Below, in pieces: positions 4,438-11,774 of a stretch of 29,854 nucleotides of DNA. The stretch comes from Solirubrobacteraceae bacterium (GTDB lineage: Bacteria; Actinomycetota; Thermoleophilia; Solirubrobacterales; Solirubrobacteraceae): assembly GCA_036262195.1 (NCBI GenBank), contig DATAJI010000151.1, positions 1-29,854 on the forward strand, written 5' to 3'. The position numbers and the translations under genes are program-made. The notes beneath the pieces were generated by a model. That model searched no databases. It had not been told where the DNA came from and worked only from the letters and a program-made list of their open reading frames with translations. The first letter of the stretch is position 1; the number at the start of each line of letters is the position of its first letter.

Positions 4438-7083
4438 TCAGGCCCGCTTCTTGCGGGTCTGTTTGCTCGCGAGCGACTTGCTGCTCAGCGCTGTCGTCGA
4501 GATGACCGTCGGAACACGCGGCTCGGGGATCGAGAGGAGACGGGCGTCGAGCTGCACCCAGCGCTTCGGGCTGAGTCCGAAGTGACCAGCGACGCTGGCG
4601 GTGCTGGCGAGCGCAAGCTGAGCCGGCTCCGGGGTGAAGCTGACGACGATCTGGCCTGCATCGTTCGGGTCGGCGACGCTGCTCGCCGCGCCTTGGATCG
4701 CCTCGGGGCCGGCGATCCGCGACGGCGCGTTGTCACCGGTCAGCATCAGCAGCGCCTTGATCGTCGAGTCAGTGGGCGTGCCCGTGCCAGCTCCCGCCCC
4801 GACGGCGACCGAGTTGACGGCGGTGATCGTGATGCTGTCGGCGTTCGTCGCTGACGGAGCTCCACCGGTGGCGCACTGCGCGCCGCCGATCGTCGGGTCG
4901 AGTCCGTTATCGACAAGGAACTCGACGCTTGCGAGTACGCGACGGTCGACGTCTCCCGCCGCGATTGCGTCTCGCTCGCAGAGCGACATCTTCAAATGCA
5001 CGTTCTCGAGCACGACGCGTTCGAGGTCGATCTGGCTCATCAGGCCTGCCTCGCCGGCGTCGTTGCTCTGCAGGCCGGCTCCGTAGAGCGGCTCGCTCAG
5101 AGGCTTGCGGTGCAGTTCAACCGTCGCGAGCTGAGTCCAAGCGTCGAGGAACGGTCGTGGGTCGATCCCCGCCCGACCGGTGCCCGCCGGACGAAGCTCG
5201 AAGGTCAGATGCGGCTCACGACCGGAGCCGCTTGCCCGGAGGTAGCCGAGGATCGTGCCGGCGAGGACGCGCGACCCGACGCGTAGCGCGCGGGGCTTGA
5301 GCTGGTCGCGCGGCAAGCCCAGGGCGCTCGTGTAGTAGCGATCGACGATCTTGTGCGCTTGCGAGGAGCGCAGCGCCTTTTCGGCTGCCCGGTGGCTCGA
5401 GAGCGGTGGACCGCCGAAGATCGTGACGTCGTCAGTGAGACCTGGGCGGAAGTCGAAGGCAGCGAAGGGCGACGCCGTATCGGCGGTGGCCGACGCCTCG
5501 CTCGTCTCGCTTGGTGTCGCGAGCGCCTGTGCCTCCGCCTCTGCGGCTACGACGCCCGCGATGCCGTCCGACGTCTGCGCGCCGGCGCTTGCCGGCGCAG
5601 TCGGAGCCGGTCCGCTCGCGAGTTGACTGGGGGTCGCCAGCGAGGACGTGGCCGCCGTGTCCATCGGCTTCGGGACTAGGTGATAGGCGGCGACCGAGCC
5701 GAGGTTGCCATAGGTGTAGGCATTGCCGAACGCGTCCCGCACACGGACATAGGTGCCGAGGCGACGGCTGTGCCCGATCGCGACGACCGTCGCGTCTTGT
5801 ACTGCAACAGCAGCGGCGTGCGCTTTGGCGAAGATGTCTACGGCCTGCGAGCCCGCGCCCTCGATGGCGGTCTTCGCCGCCGCGCCGACCGCAGCTGGTG
5901 GCGGGGCCTGGCCCTTGCTCGCCGCAACCGCGTTGACCGCGTGCGGAGCGTCGCTTGAGGACGCGGCACGTTTGTAGCTCGGGTGGTAGCGAAGCTCGAT
6001 CGGGAAAAGGCCCTCGGAGAGCTGGCTGACCGAGTTGACGAGCGTCGCCGGCACGCCGCTCAACAGCTCGGCGCGTAGGAGCACCGACTCGACGTAGGAC
6101 GTCGAATGGTTGTAGGCAAAGATCGCCGCCGGCAGATTCGTCGACGCGCCGGCAGCGCTGAGATAACGGGCCGCCGAGAAGATCGCGTCCGCGGCGTTGT
6201 ACGGGTCCGCCACTCCCGCCCCGGTCGCGTCTAGGCCATAGCTCTGCCACGTGCTGGGAAGGAATTGCATCCATCCAATCGCGCCTGCTGAGGAGACGTT
6301 GAGATCGCTGCCGAAGTTGGTCTCGACCTGGTTGATCGCGGCTAGAACCTCCCAGGGCACGTCGTAGGCGGCTCCGGCCGACTGATAGATCGGCAGGAGG
6401 AACGACGGTACGTCGAAGTGCGCGATGTACCACTCCGGCACGTCGGCTCCGATTGCGGCGGTGACCAGGGGGTCGAACACCGAGCCGGGTAGCACGCCCG
6501 CGAGGGGATTCCTATCCGAGAAAAGGCTCGGCGCCGGCGCGAGCGCGCCGCCGGCAAGGCTGACGTTTGTGCCACCGCTCCCTGTGGAGTTGAGACGGTC
6601 GTTCCCGCTCTCGGGTTGGGTCGTTATCGAGGTCACCACCGGCTCCCCGCCGCTGCCCGTTGCGCCGGTCGGCCCGCTCGAGCCACTCGGCCCGCTCGTG
6701 CCGGTAGGACCGACCGCGCTAGGGGGGGTAGGCGCGGTCGGCGCCGTTGGCGACGTCGATCCACTCGAGGACGTCGAGCCGGTGCTGCCGCTGGCGCCGC
6801 TCGTGCCCGTGCTGCCGCTCGTGCCCGTGCTGCCGCTGGCACCGCTTGCCCCGCTGGCGCCCGTCGTTCCGCTGGCGCCGCTCGCGCCGCTTGTTCCCGT
6901 GGCGCCGCTGGCGCCCGTGCTGCCGCTCGCAGAAGTGCCGCCGGTGGCGCCGCTGCTGCCGGTGGCGCCGGTGCCCGAATCGTCAGCGGCACCGGCGAAC
7001 CCAAGCTGCGGGCCGGCACCGATGGCACTCAGGACCAACACTGCAAGTGCCGTTTGCGGCACTCGGGAGATCTGCATGGCCAC
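4438..7083 (-). CDS. Secreted multidomain lytic transglycosylase (SLT-like domain, Gly-X-X stalk, degenerate M23-like domain)
   Basis: N-terminal signal-like segment; VPWEVLAAINQVETNFG (catalytic Glu), SSAGAIGWMQFLPSTW and DAIFSAARYL; M23-like strands LGTYVRV..YTYGNL and PHLTFE..IDPRPFL. Start is GTG 7083 or ATG 7077. Confidence 0.8.
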   Translation of the reverse strand: MAMQISRVPQTALAVLVLSAIGAGPQLGFAGAADDSGTGATGSSGATGGTSASGSTGASGATGTSGASGASGTTGASGASGASGSTGTSGSTGTSGASGSTGSTSSSGSTSPTAPTAPTPPSAVGPTGTSGPSGSSGPTGATGSGGEPVVTSITTQPESGNDRLNSTGSGGTNVSLAGGALAPAPSLFSDRNPLAGVLPGSVFDPLVTAAIGADVPEWYIAHFDVPSFLLPIYQSAGAAYDVPWEVLAAINQVETNFGSDLNVSSAGAIGWMQFLPSTWQSYGLDATGAGVADPYNAADAIFSAARYLSAAGASTNLPAAIFAYNHSTSYVESVLLRAELLSGVPATLVNSVSQLSEGLFPIELRYHPSYKRAASSSDAPHAVNAVAASKGQAPPPAAVGAAAKTAIEGAGSQAVDIFAKAHAAAVAVQDATVVAIGHSRRLGTYVRVRDAFGNAYTYGNLGSVAAYHLVPKPMDTAATSSLATPSQLASGPAPTAPASAGAQTSDGIAGVVAAEAEAQALATPSETSEASATADTASPFAAFDFRPGLTDDVTIFGGPPLSSHRAAEKALRSSQAHKIVDRYYTSALGLPRDQLKPRALRVGSRVLAGTILGYLRASGSGREPHLTFELRPAGTGRAGIDPRPFLDAWTQLATVELHRKPLSEPLYGAGLQSNDAGEAGLMSQIDLERVVLENVHLKMSLCERDAIAAGDVDRRVLASVEFLVDNGLDPTIGGAQCATGGAPSATNADSITITAVNSVAVGAGAGTGTPTDSTIKALLMLTGDNAPSRIAGPEAIQGAASSVADPNDAGQIVVSFTPEPAQLALASTASVAGHFGLSPKRWVQLDARLLSIPEPRVPTVISTTALSSKSLASKQTRKKRA
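6652..6975 (-). repeat. Imperfect 9-nt periodic coding repeats (Gly-X-X, X = Ala/Ser/Thr)
   Basis: Encodes GATGSSGATGGTSASGSTGASGATGTSGASGASGTTGASGASGASGSTGTSGSTGTSGASGSTGS, then GPTGTSGPSGSSGPTGATGSG. An exact 18-nt tandem duplication lies at 6799-6834. Confidence 0.85.
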
Positions 7084-7192
7084 GCGTTTCTATCACGCAT
7101 CACGTGCCGCGCGCGCAAACATCTTGGCATTCGCGGTGTGCGCAGGCAAAGCGTCGCTCAGCAGCTATCGCGTTGTCGGGACACGGCGGCCT

Positions 7193-7933
7193 TCAAACGA
7201 GTCCGGCGGCGGCGAGCTCATCGTAGGTAACTGCGCGGCGGCGCTTGACCGAGTGACGGAGCACCCAATCGAGGGTCAGCATGTGGCCGGGGAGCGCGAG
7301 GTCGCTCGGGTGCACGTCGAGACGCAGGGTCCCGCCGGCCAGCAGCGTTGCCGCCCGCAGGACGCCTGGAGAGATCGCGCGGCGAGCGACCGTCCCGCTG
7401 GCGAGTCCGATCGCCGGGGCCGTGCGAGTCGAGGAGGCAACTCCGGTCGCGTGCAGGCCCCACGAGCCGGCCCACCAGCGAAAGCGCGTGTCGAGCATCT
7501 CGCGCAGAGCTGGCGTGTACGCATATGCGGGGGCAACGAAGCCGTGCGGCTCGATCCCTGCGAGCTTTAGCACGCGCCGTCCCGCATCGAGCGCGCGCTC
7601 GGTTTCGGGCCCGTTGAGGCCGATGAACTCGGCGGCCTCGGTGTGCAGTCGCGGTCGCAGCGACTGCGACCAGTGCGTTGGGCGCGACCGGAAGTGCTGG
7701 AAGCCGTGTTGAGCTATTGCATCGCCCGCCCGGCGGCGTTCGTCAAGCCAGATCGCTATCTCGGGGCGGCGATCAGACAGATGGTGCAGATCGCGCGCGG
7801 GGATCACGAGCAGCGTCACGCGATCGATTCCGTGATCGTCAAGCCAGTCGCGAATCAGGGCGCAGCGGTCGAACGTCGCGGGTTCGATGTCGTGGAGCGC
7901 CACGGCGATAGTTGCCGGCCCGTTACGCGGCAT
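7193..7933 (-). CDS. DUF2334 / NodB-like polysaccharide deacetylase family protein
   Basis: IAVALHDIEP, VTLLVIP, QHGFQH, AEF and GFVAPAY. True start is ATG 7933 (MPRNG, 246 aa), overlapping the upstream GT stop by 11 nt. Confidence 0.75.
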   Translation of the reverse strand: MPRNGPATIAVALHDIEPATFDRCALIRDWLDDHGIDRVTLLVIPARDLHHLSDRRPEIAIWLDERRRAGDAIAQHGFQHFRSRPTHWSQSLRPRLHTEAAEFIGLNGPETERALDAGRRVLKLAGIEPHGFVAPAYAYTPALREMLDTRFRWWAGSWGLHATGVASSTRTAPAIGLASGTVARRAISPGVLRAATLLAGGTLRLDVHPSDLALPGHMLTLDWVLRHSVKRRRAVTYDELAAAGLV

Positions 7934-10208
7934 CGCGCATCGTGTCTGGGGTTGCGAGCGCGGTCGCGTAACCGGCGCCGAGACAACCGAGCGCCCGCCC
8001 CCATGTACGTTGGGCGGCACTGCGTACCGCGGCCTGGCCGAGCCGCCGACGCAACAGCGGTGAGGCCGCAAGGGCGAGCATTGCGGACGCGAAGGCCTCG
8101 GGAGTCGGCTCACGCAGCAGGCCGTCGACCTCGCCGCTAAGCAGGTCGCGCGGGCCTCCGGCGTCTGCGGCGAGCACAGCAAGCCCGCTCGCCTGCGCCT
8201 CGAGTACCACCTGACCGAACGTGTCGGTGACGCTCGCGAAGCAGAAGATGTCGGCGCTCGCATATGCGGTCGCGAGATCCTCGCCCGCGAGCCAGCCGAG
8301 CCATGTGGCCCGCTCGCCGAGTCGGTTGCGCAGTCGTGGCGCCTCGGGCCCGTCGCCGGCGATGACGAGGTGGAGGCGAGGATTGCTCGCGTGTGCCTGC
8401 TCGAAAGACTCGGCGAGCAGGTCGATGTTCTTCTCCTGCGCGACCCGTCCCGCGTACAGCACGTTGATCCGATCGCTGAGCAGTCGCTCGTCGCGCCGCT
8501 CGGGGCCGAAGCGGGCCGTATCGACCCCGCGATCCCAGCGGGCGACCCTGCTAGCCGGTATGCCGAGCGCCGCAAGCGCGGCGTCCGCGGCGCTGCTGGG
8601 GGAGAGGATTAGTCGGCACTGGCCGTAAAAGGCGCTGAGAGCCATCGACGCCGCGAGCTCGAGCGCCGCGCTACCCGAGCGCAGACCGGCGTACGTGGCG
8701 AGCTCGGTGTGGTAGGAGCCGACGAGGGGCGTTTCCATTGCGCGCGCTACCAGCACGGCAGCGATTGCGCTCGGCCCCGGTGAGCAGACGTGAATCAGGT
8801 CGTATCGCCCGGCGGTGATCGCCTCGACCGCGGCGGGCAGACTCGGAACCCCCACCTCGATTCCCGCGTAGTGTGGAATCTCGATCTCGGCGACTGAGGT
8901 CAGCCTGCGATCGACGTTCGCGTCGGTGCCGATTACGTCGATCTCGAAACCTTCGACGCCGCGTTCGCGGATCTCCTCGATCGTGCGTGTGACGCCATGC
9001 ATAGCGCCGATCCCGTCGGCAACGATCGCGATCCGCGGCGGTTCGCTGCCCCGGCTGGCGAGCTTCGCGCGCTCGCGCGCTACGAAAGCCGCCGAGGGAC
9101 CGTAAGGGATGGCCGGAAGACAGGCGTCGAACAGCAGCGGTCCGATCGTCGTCAGCTCGCCACGTCCGGCGGCGGCGAACGCGAGCTCGACTGCGCCGCG
9201 CAGACGGCGTTCGTGGGCGCGTCGCGCCCGCCGGTAGAGATCGGCGTGGTTGAAGCTGTCCTGTTGCATGTAGGCGACGAGATCGCGCTCGCAAAGGTCG
9301 CCTAGACCGACGGCCTCGAGCCACGCGTGGAGTAGCGCGCGCGCGTCGGCCGGCCGCAGGTCAGTCTGTGCCCCACCTTCGCGTGCGTCGCCTTCGCGCA
9401 GCAGCCGCTCGGCGATCTCGAGCACCCTCACCGGGTCGAGCTCGGAGACCTTGCCGTCGCGACCGAGAGCGCGCACGGTCAGCGCCATCGCCGCGTGCGC
9501 CCACTTCTCGACGCTGCCCTGCTCGCCGCCGGGAGCGACGCGGCCGGCGCGTAGGTGGTCCAGGAACTCACGCGGGCTGCCGGCCGTCGGCGCCTGGGTG
9601 AAGGTCCGACCGATGTCGACCCCGGCGTGGTCGTCGCTGCCGCCTATCGCGATACCGCCGTGCGTCTCGACGTAGATGCTTGCCGGCAGGTTGAGCTCGG
9701 GCGCGCGCGAACCGTTGCGGGTCTCCCAGACGGCGAAGAGCTCGGCGAGACGCCGGCGGTGGCGGCTGCGCAGCGGGGCGCCCACCGCGTAGAACGGATG
9801 GGCCAGCGCGCTGGCGATCCCATTGGCGTCCAGGTACTCCGCGCAATCCTCGACGTCGCCTCGATGCAGCTGGAGCCACTCGTGATCTGCCGGCGTGATG
9901 TCGAAGCAGAGGACGTGGACCGCTTGCGGCTCACCGCGGAAGTGAGCGGTGAGCTCCTCGGAGACGAACACGTCGTCGCGGTCGGCGATCTCGAGGACGC
10001 CGTCGATCGTGTCGTGATCGGTGATCGTCACGAAATCCATGCCGCGTTGCTTCGCCAGCTGATAGACCTCGTCGGGCGGAGTTGCGCACTCCGGTAGGCC
10101 GAGCGCGCGCTGCACGCGCAGGCGCGAAACCGCCGAAGCTGTCGAGTGGCAATGCAGGTCGACGCGGGCGCCGCCTCGATCTTCTCTGGTCTCTTCTCTG
10201 TTGGTCAT
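7923..10208 (-). CDS. PHP phosphoesterase-domain / GT4 glycosyltransferase fusion
   Basis: N-terminal PHP motifs DLHCHS, TDHD, SEELT, AHPF, ETRNGS and GGSDDH. C-terminal GT4 motifs IAIVAD..HGVTRT, DLIHVCSPGP, SYHTE, WDRGVD..RF, YAGRVAQEKN and DTFGQVVLEAQASG. Start ATG 10208 (alternative TTG 10229). Confidence 0.88.
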   Translation of the reverse strand: MTNREETREDRGGARVDLHCHSTASAVSRLRVQRALGLPECATPPDEVYQLAKQRGMDFVTITDHDTIDGVLEIADRDDVFVSEELTAHFRGEPQAVHVLCFDITPADHEWLQLHRGDVEDCAEYLDANGIASALAHPFYAVGAPLRSRHRRRLAELFAVWETRNGSRAPELNLPASIYVETHGGIAIGGSDDHAGVDIGRTFTQAPTAGSPREFLDHLRAGRVAPGGEQGSVEKWAHAAMALTVRALGRDGKVSELDPVRVLEIAERLLREGDAREGGAQTDLRPADARALLHAWLEAVGLGDLCERDLVAYMQQDSFNHADLYRRARRAHERRLRGAVELAFAAAGRGELTTIGPLLFDACLPAIPYGPSAAFVARERAKLASRGSEPPRIAIVADGIGAMHGVTRTIEEIRERGVEGFEIDVIGTDANVDRRLTSVAEIEIPHYAGIEVGVPSLPAAVEAITAGRYDLIHVCSPGPSAIAAVLVARAMETPLVGSYHTELATYAGLRSGSAALELAASMALSAFYGQCRLILSPSSAADAALAALGIPASRVARWDRGVDTARFGPERRDERLLSDRINVLYAGRVAQEKNIDLLAESFEQAHASNPRLHLVIAGDGPEAPRLRNRLGERATWLGWLAGEDLATAYASADIFCFASVTDTFGQVVLEAQASGLAVLAADAGGPRDLLSGEVDGLLREPTPEAFASAMLALAASPLLRRRLGQAAVRSAAQRTWGRALGCLGAGYATALATPDTMRDAA

Positions 10209-10237
10209 ATGGTCATGATTCGCCTGCAAACCTCAGC

Positions 10238-10259
10238 TTTCTGTGACCAGACGGTGAAA
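10238..10259 (-). promoter_or_regulatory. PHO-box-like pair of 11-nt direct repeats upstream of the PHP-GT4 gene
   Basis: Minus strand TTTCACCGTCT GGTCACAGAAA, followed in register by GCTGAGGTTTG; same orientation as the gene, 30 nt upstream of the ATG. Confidence 0.55.
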
Positions 10260-10422
10260 TCTCCTCCGCGCTATCAGGATCTTCACGACTTGCGGTTGCG
10301 CGACTGCTGAAGTGCCAGTCGCGAGCCTGACCATCTCGCTAGCGAGCTCTCGAGCCCCCGAGCAGCGATCAGGGGGACGGCGATCCCCATTTGGGTCGCG
10401 CCCGAGGGCCACAGCCAGCCGG

Positions 10423-10456
10423 TGTCCCGGGCTCAGGAGATGAGCCCGGGACATTT
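10423..10456 (+). terminator. Strong hairpin (terminator/attenuator-like) upstream of egtB
   Basis: Perfect 13-bp stem TGTCCCGGGCTCA / TGAGCCCGGGACA with a 5-nt loop, followed by TTT. Function uncertain. Confidence 0.45.
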
Positions 10457-10508
10457 GGCGTGCACCTAGCGAGCCAACCCATCCAGGCCGCTAGGATGGG
10501 CTCTGGCC

Positions 10509-11774
10509 ATGGCGCTACTCGAGACCGATCGCCTCGAGCGAGCTCGCGAGCAGACGCTCGCCTTGGTGGCTGGCGTCGCCGACAGCGATCTGGAGCGCGC
10601 GCATTCTTTGCTGATGAGCCCGTTGGTCTGGGATCTCGGCCACATTGGCGCGTTCGAGGATCTTTGGCTCGCGCATCGTCGCGGGGGCCTACCCCTGTTG
10701 CGTCCTGAGCTGCTCGGTGTCTATGACGCCTTCGAGACGCCGCGCTCGCAGCGCGGCGAGCTCGCCTACCTCCGTCGCTCCGAGGCCGAGCGGTTTCTGG
10801 GCGATGTTCGCGAGCGTGTCCGCTCACTCGCGCTCGGAGCTGACGATCCGTTGGTCGAGCTCGTGCTGCGCCACGAACGCCAGCACGCGGAGACAATGCT
10901 CCAGACGCTCGCCCTCGCTGCGATAGGGGGTTGGCAGCCTCCGGTCGCTGCCGACTCGAGCTCGTACGGCTTGGGGGTGACCCGCAGCGGTCTCGATCTG
11001 ATCGAGGTGCCAGGGACGAACATGCTGCTCGGCGCCGGCGCTGGCGGCTTTGCCTACGATAATGAGCGCTCCCAACACCACGTAGAGGTTGAGTCTTTTC
11101 GGATCGGCCGCGTGCCTGTTACAAACGGCGACTGGCTCGAGTTCATCGACGATCGCGGCTACAGCCGCCGCGACTGGTGGACGGCAGCTGGTTGGAGCTG
11201 GCGCAGCGAGGAGCAGGTGGAGCGGCCGCTGCAGTGGCTATCAGAGGGCGCCGAGCGCCGGCTCGAAGGAGTCGAACTGCTTGATCTGTCCGCACCGGTC
11301 TTGCATGTCTCCTGTCATGAGGCGGACGCGTTTGCGCGCTCGCGCGGCTTGCGCCTGCCAACCGAGGTCGAATGGGAGACGGCCGCGAGTTGGGACGCCG
11401 ACGCCGGGGTAAAGCGCGCCTGGCCGTGGGGCGATGAGGCACCCGAATCCCGCCACGCCAACCTCATCGAGTCCGGCGTGTTCGCGCCACTGGCGGCCGG
11501 GGCGCTCCCCGACGGCGCCGCGCCGTGCGGCGCGCTTGGCATGATCGGCGACGTCTGGGAGTGGACCGCGAGCCGCTTCGGCGCATACCCGGGCTTTCGC
11601 GCGTACCCCTACCGCGAGTACTCGGAGGTTTTCTTCGGCTCCGAGTACCGCGTGCTCCGCGGCGGCTCCTTCGCAGCGAGCGCGGATGTCGTCACGCCGA
11701 CGTTCCGCAACTGGGACCTGCCGCAGCGACGTCAGATCTTCGCCGGCCTCCGAGTCGCGGCGGATCTGACGTGA
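10509..11774 (+). CDS. egtB: Ergothioneine sulfoxide synthase EgtB (DinB_2 + FGE-like domains)
   Basis: MSPLVWDLGHIG, YDAFETPRSQR, HERQHAETMLQT (Fe-binding His), DVWEWT, YPYREYSEVFF and FRNWDLPQRRQIFAG; coupled to egtD. TAGGAT -10 at 10492-10497. Confidence 0.9.
   Translation: MALLETDRLERAREQTLALVAGVADSDLERAHSLLMSPLVWDLGHIGAFEDLWLAHRRGGLPLLRPELLGVYDAFETPRSQRGELAYLRRSEAERFLGDVRERVRSLALGADDPLVELVLRHERQHAETMLQTLALAAIGGWQPPVAADSSSYGLGVTRSGLDLIEVPGTNMLLGAGAGGFAYDNERSQHHVEVESFRIGRVPVTNGDWLEFIDDRGYSRRDWWTAAGWSWRSEEQVERPLQWLSEGAERRLEGVELLDLSAPVLHVSCHEADAFARSRGLRLPTEVEWETAASWDADAGVKRAWPWGDEAPESRHANLIESGVFAPLAAGALPDGAAPCGALGMIGDVWEWTASRFGAYPGFRAYPYREYSEVFFGSEYRVLRGGSFAASADVVTPTFRNWDLPQRRQIFAGLRVAADLT

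Noticed and set aside
7084-7192. c-di-AMP (ydaO) riboswitch ahead of the cell-wall hydrolase
   Set aside because: Expected by analogy with actinobacterial muralytic genes, but the gap is only about 110 nt and I see none of the conserved ydaO segments.
6425-7570. 381-aa plus-strand ORF rich in PVLPLAPL repeats
   Set aside because: Antisense shadow of the Gly-X-X repeat region of the transglycosylase; no independent motifs.
7934-8575. Long N-terminal extension of the DUF2334 ORF (460-aa call)
   Set aside because: It overlaps the GT4 coding region in another frame and is low-complexity Arg/Ser/Pro; the real start is ATG 7933.
10260-10508. Known riboswitch (SAM-IV, SAH, cobalamin, ZTP, glycine) upstream of egtB or the GT
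   Set aside because: Only short fragments resemble consensus pieces (GAAGTGCCAG, CAGGCTCG, GCGACTGGC); the other required conserved elements are missing. Kept only as an unassigned structured region.
11525-11770. N-terminal extension of EgtD (414-aa call)
   Set aside because: It overlaps the egtB 3' end in another frame; the GTGA-coupled start at 11771 gives a normal-length EgtD.
7923-11774. Selenoneine (senA-senB-senC) cluster formed by the EgtB homologue and the divergent glycosyltransferase
   Set aside because: There is no selD/senC in the window, and the GT looks MgtA/Agt-like with a PHP fusion, not like SenB as I recall it.
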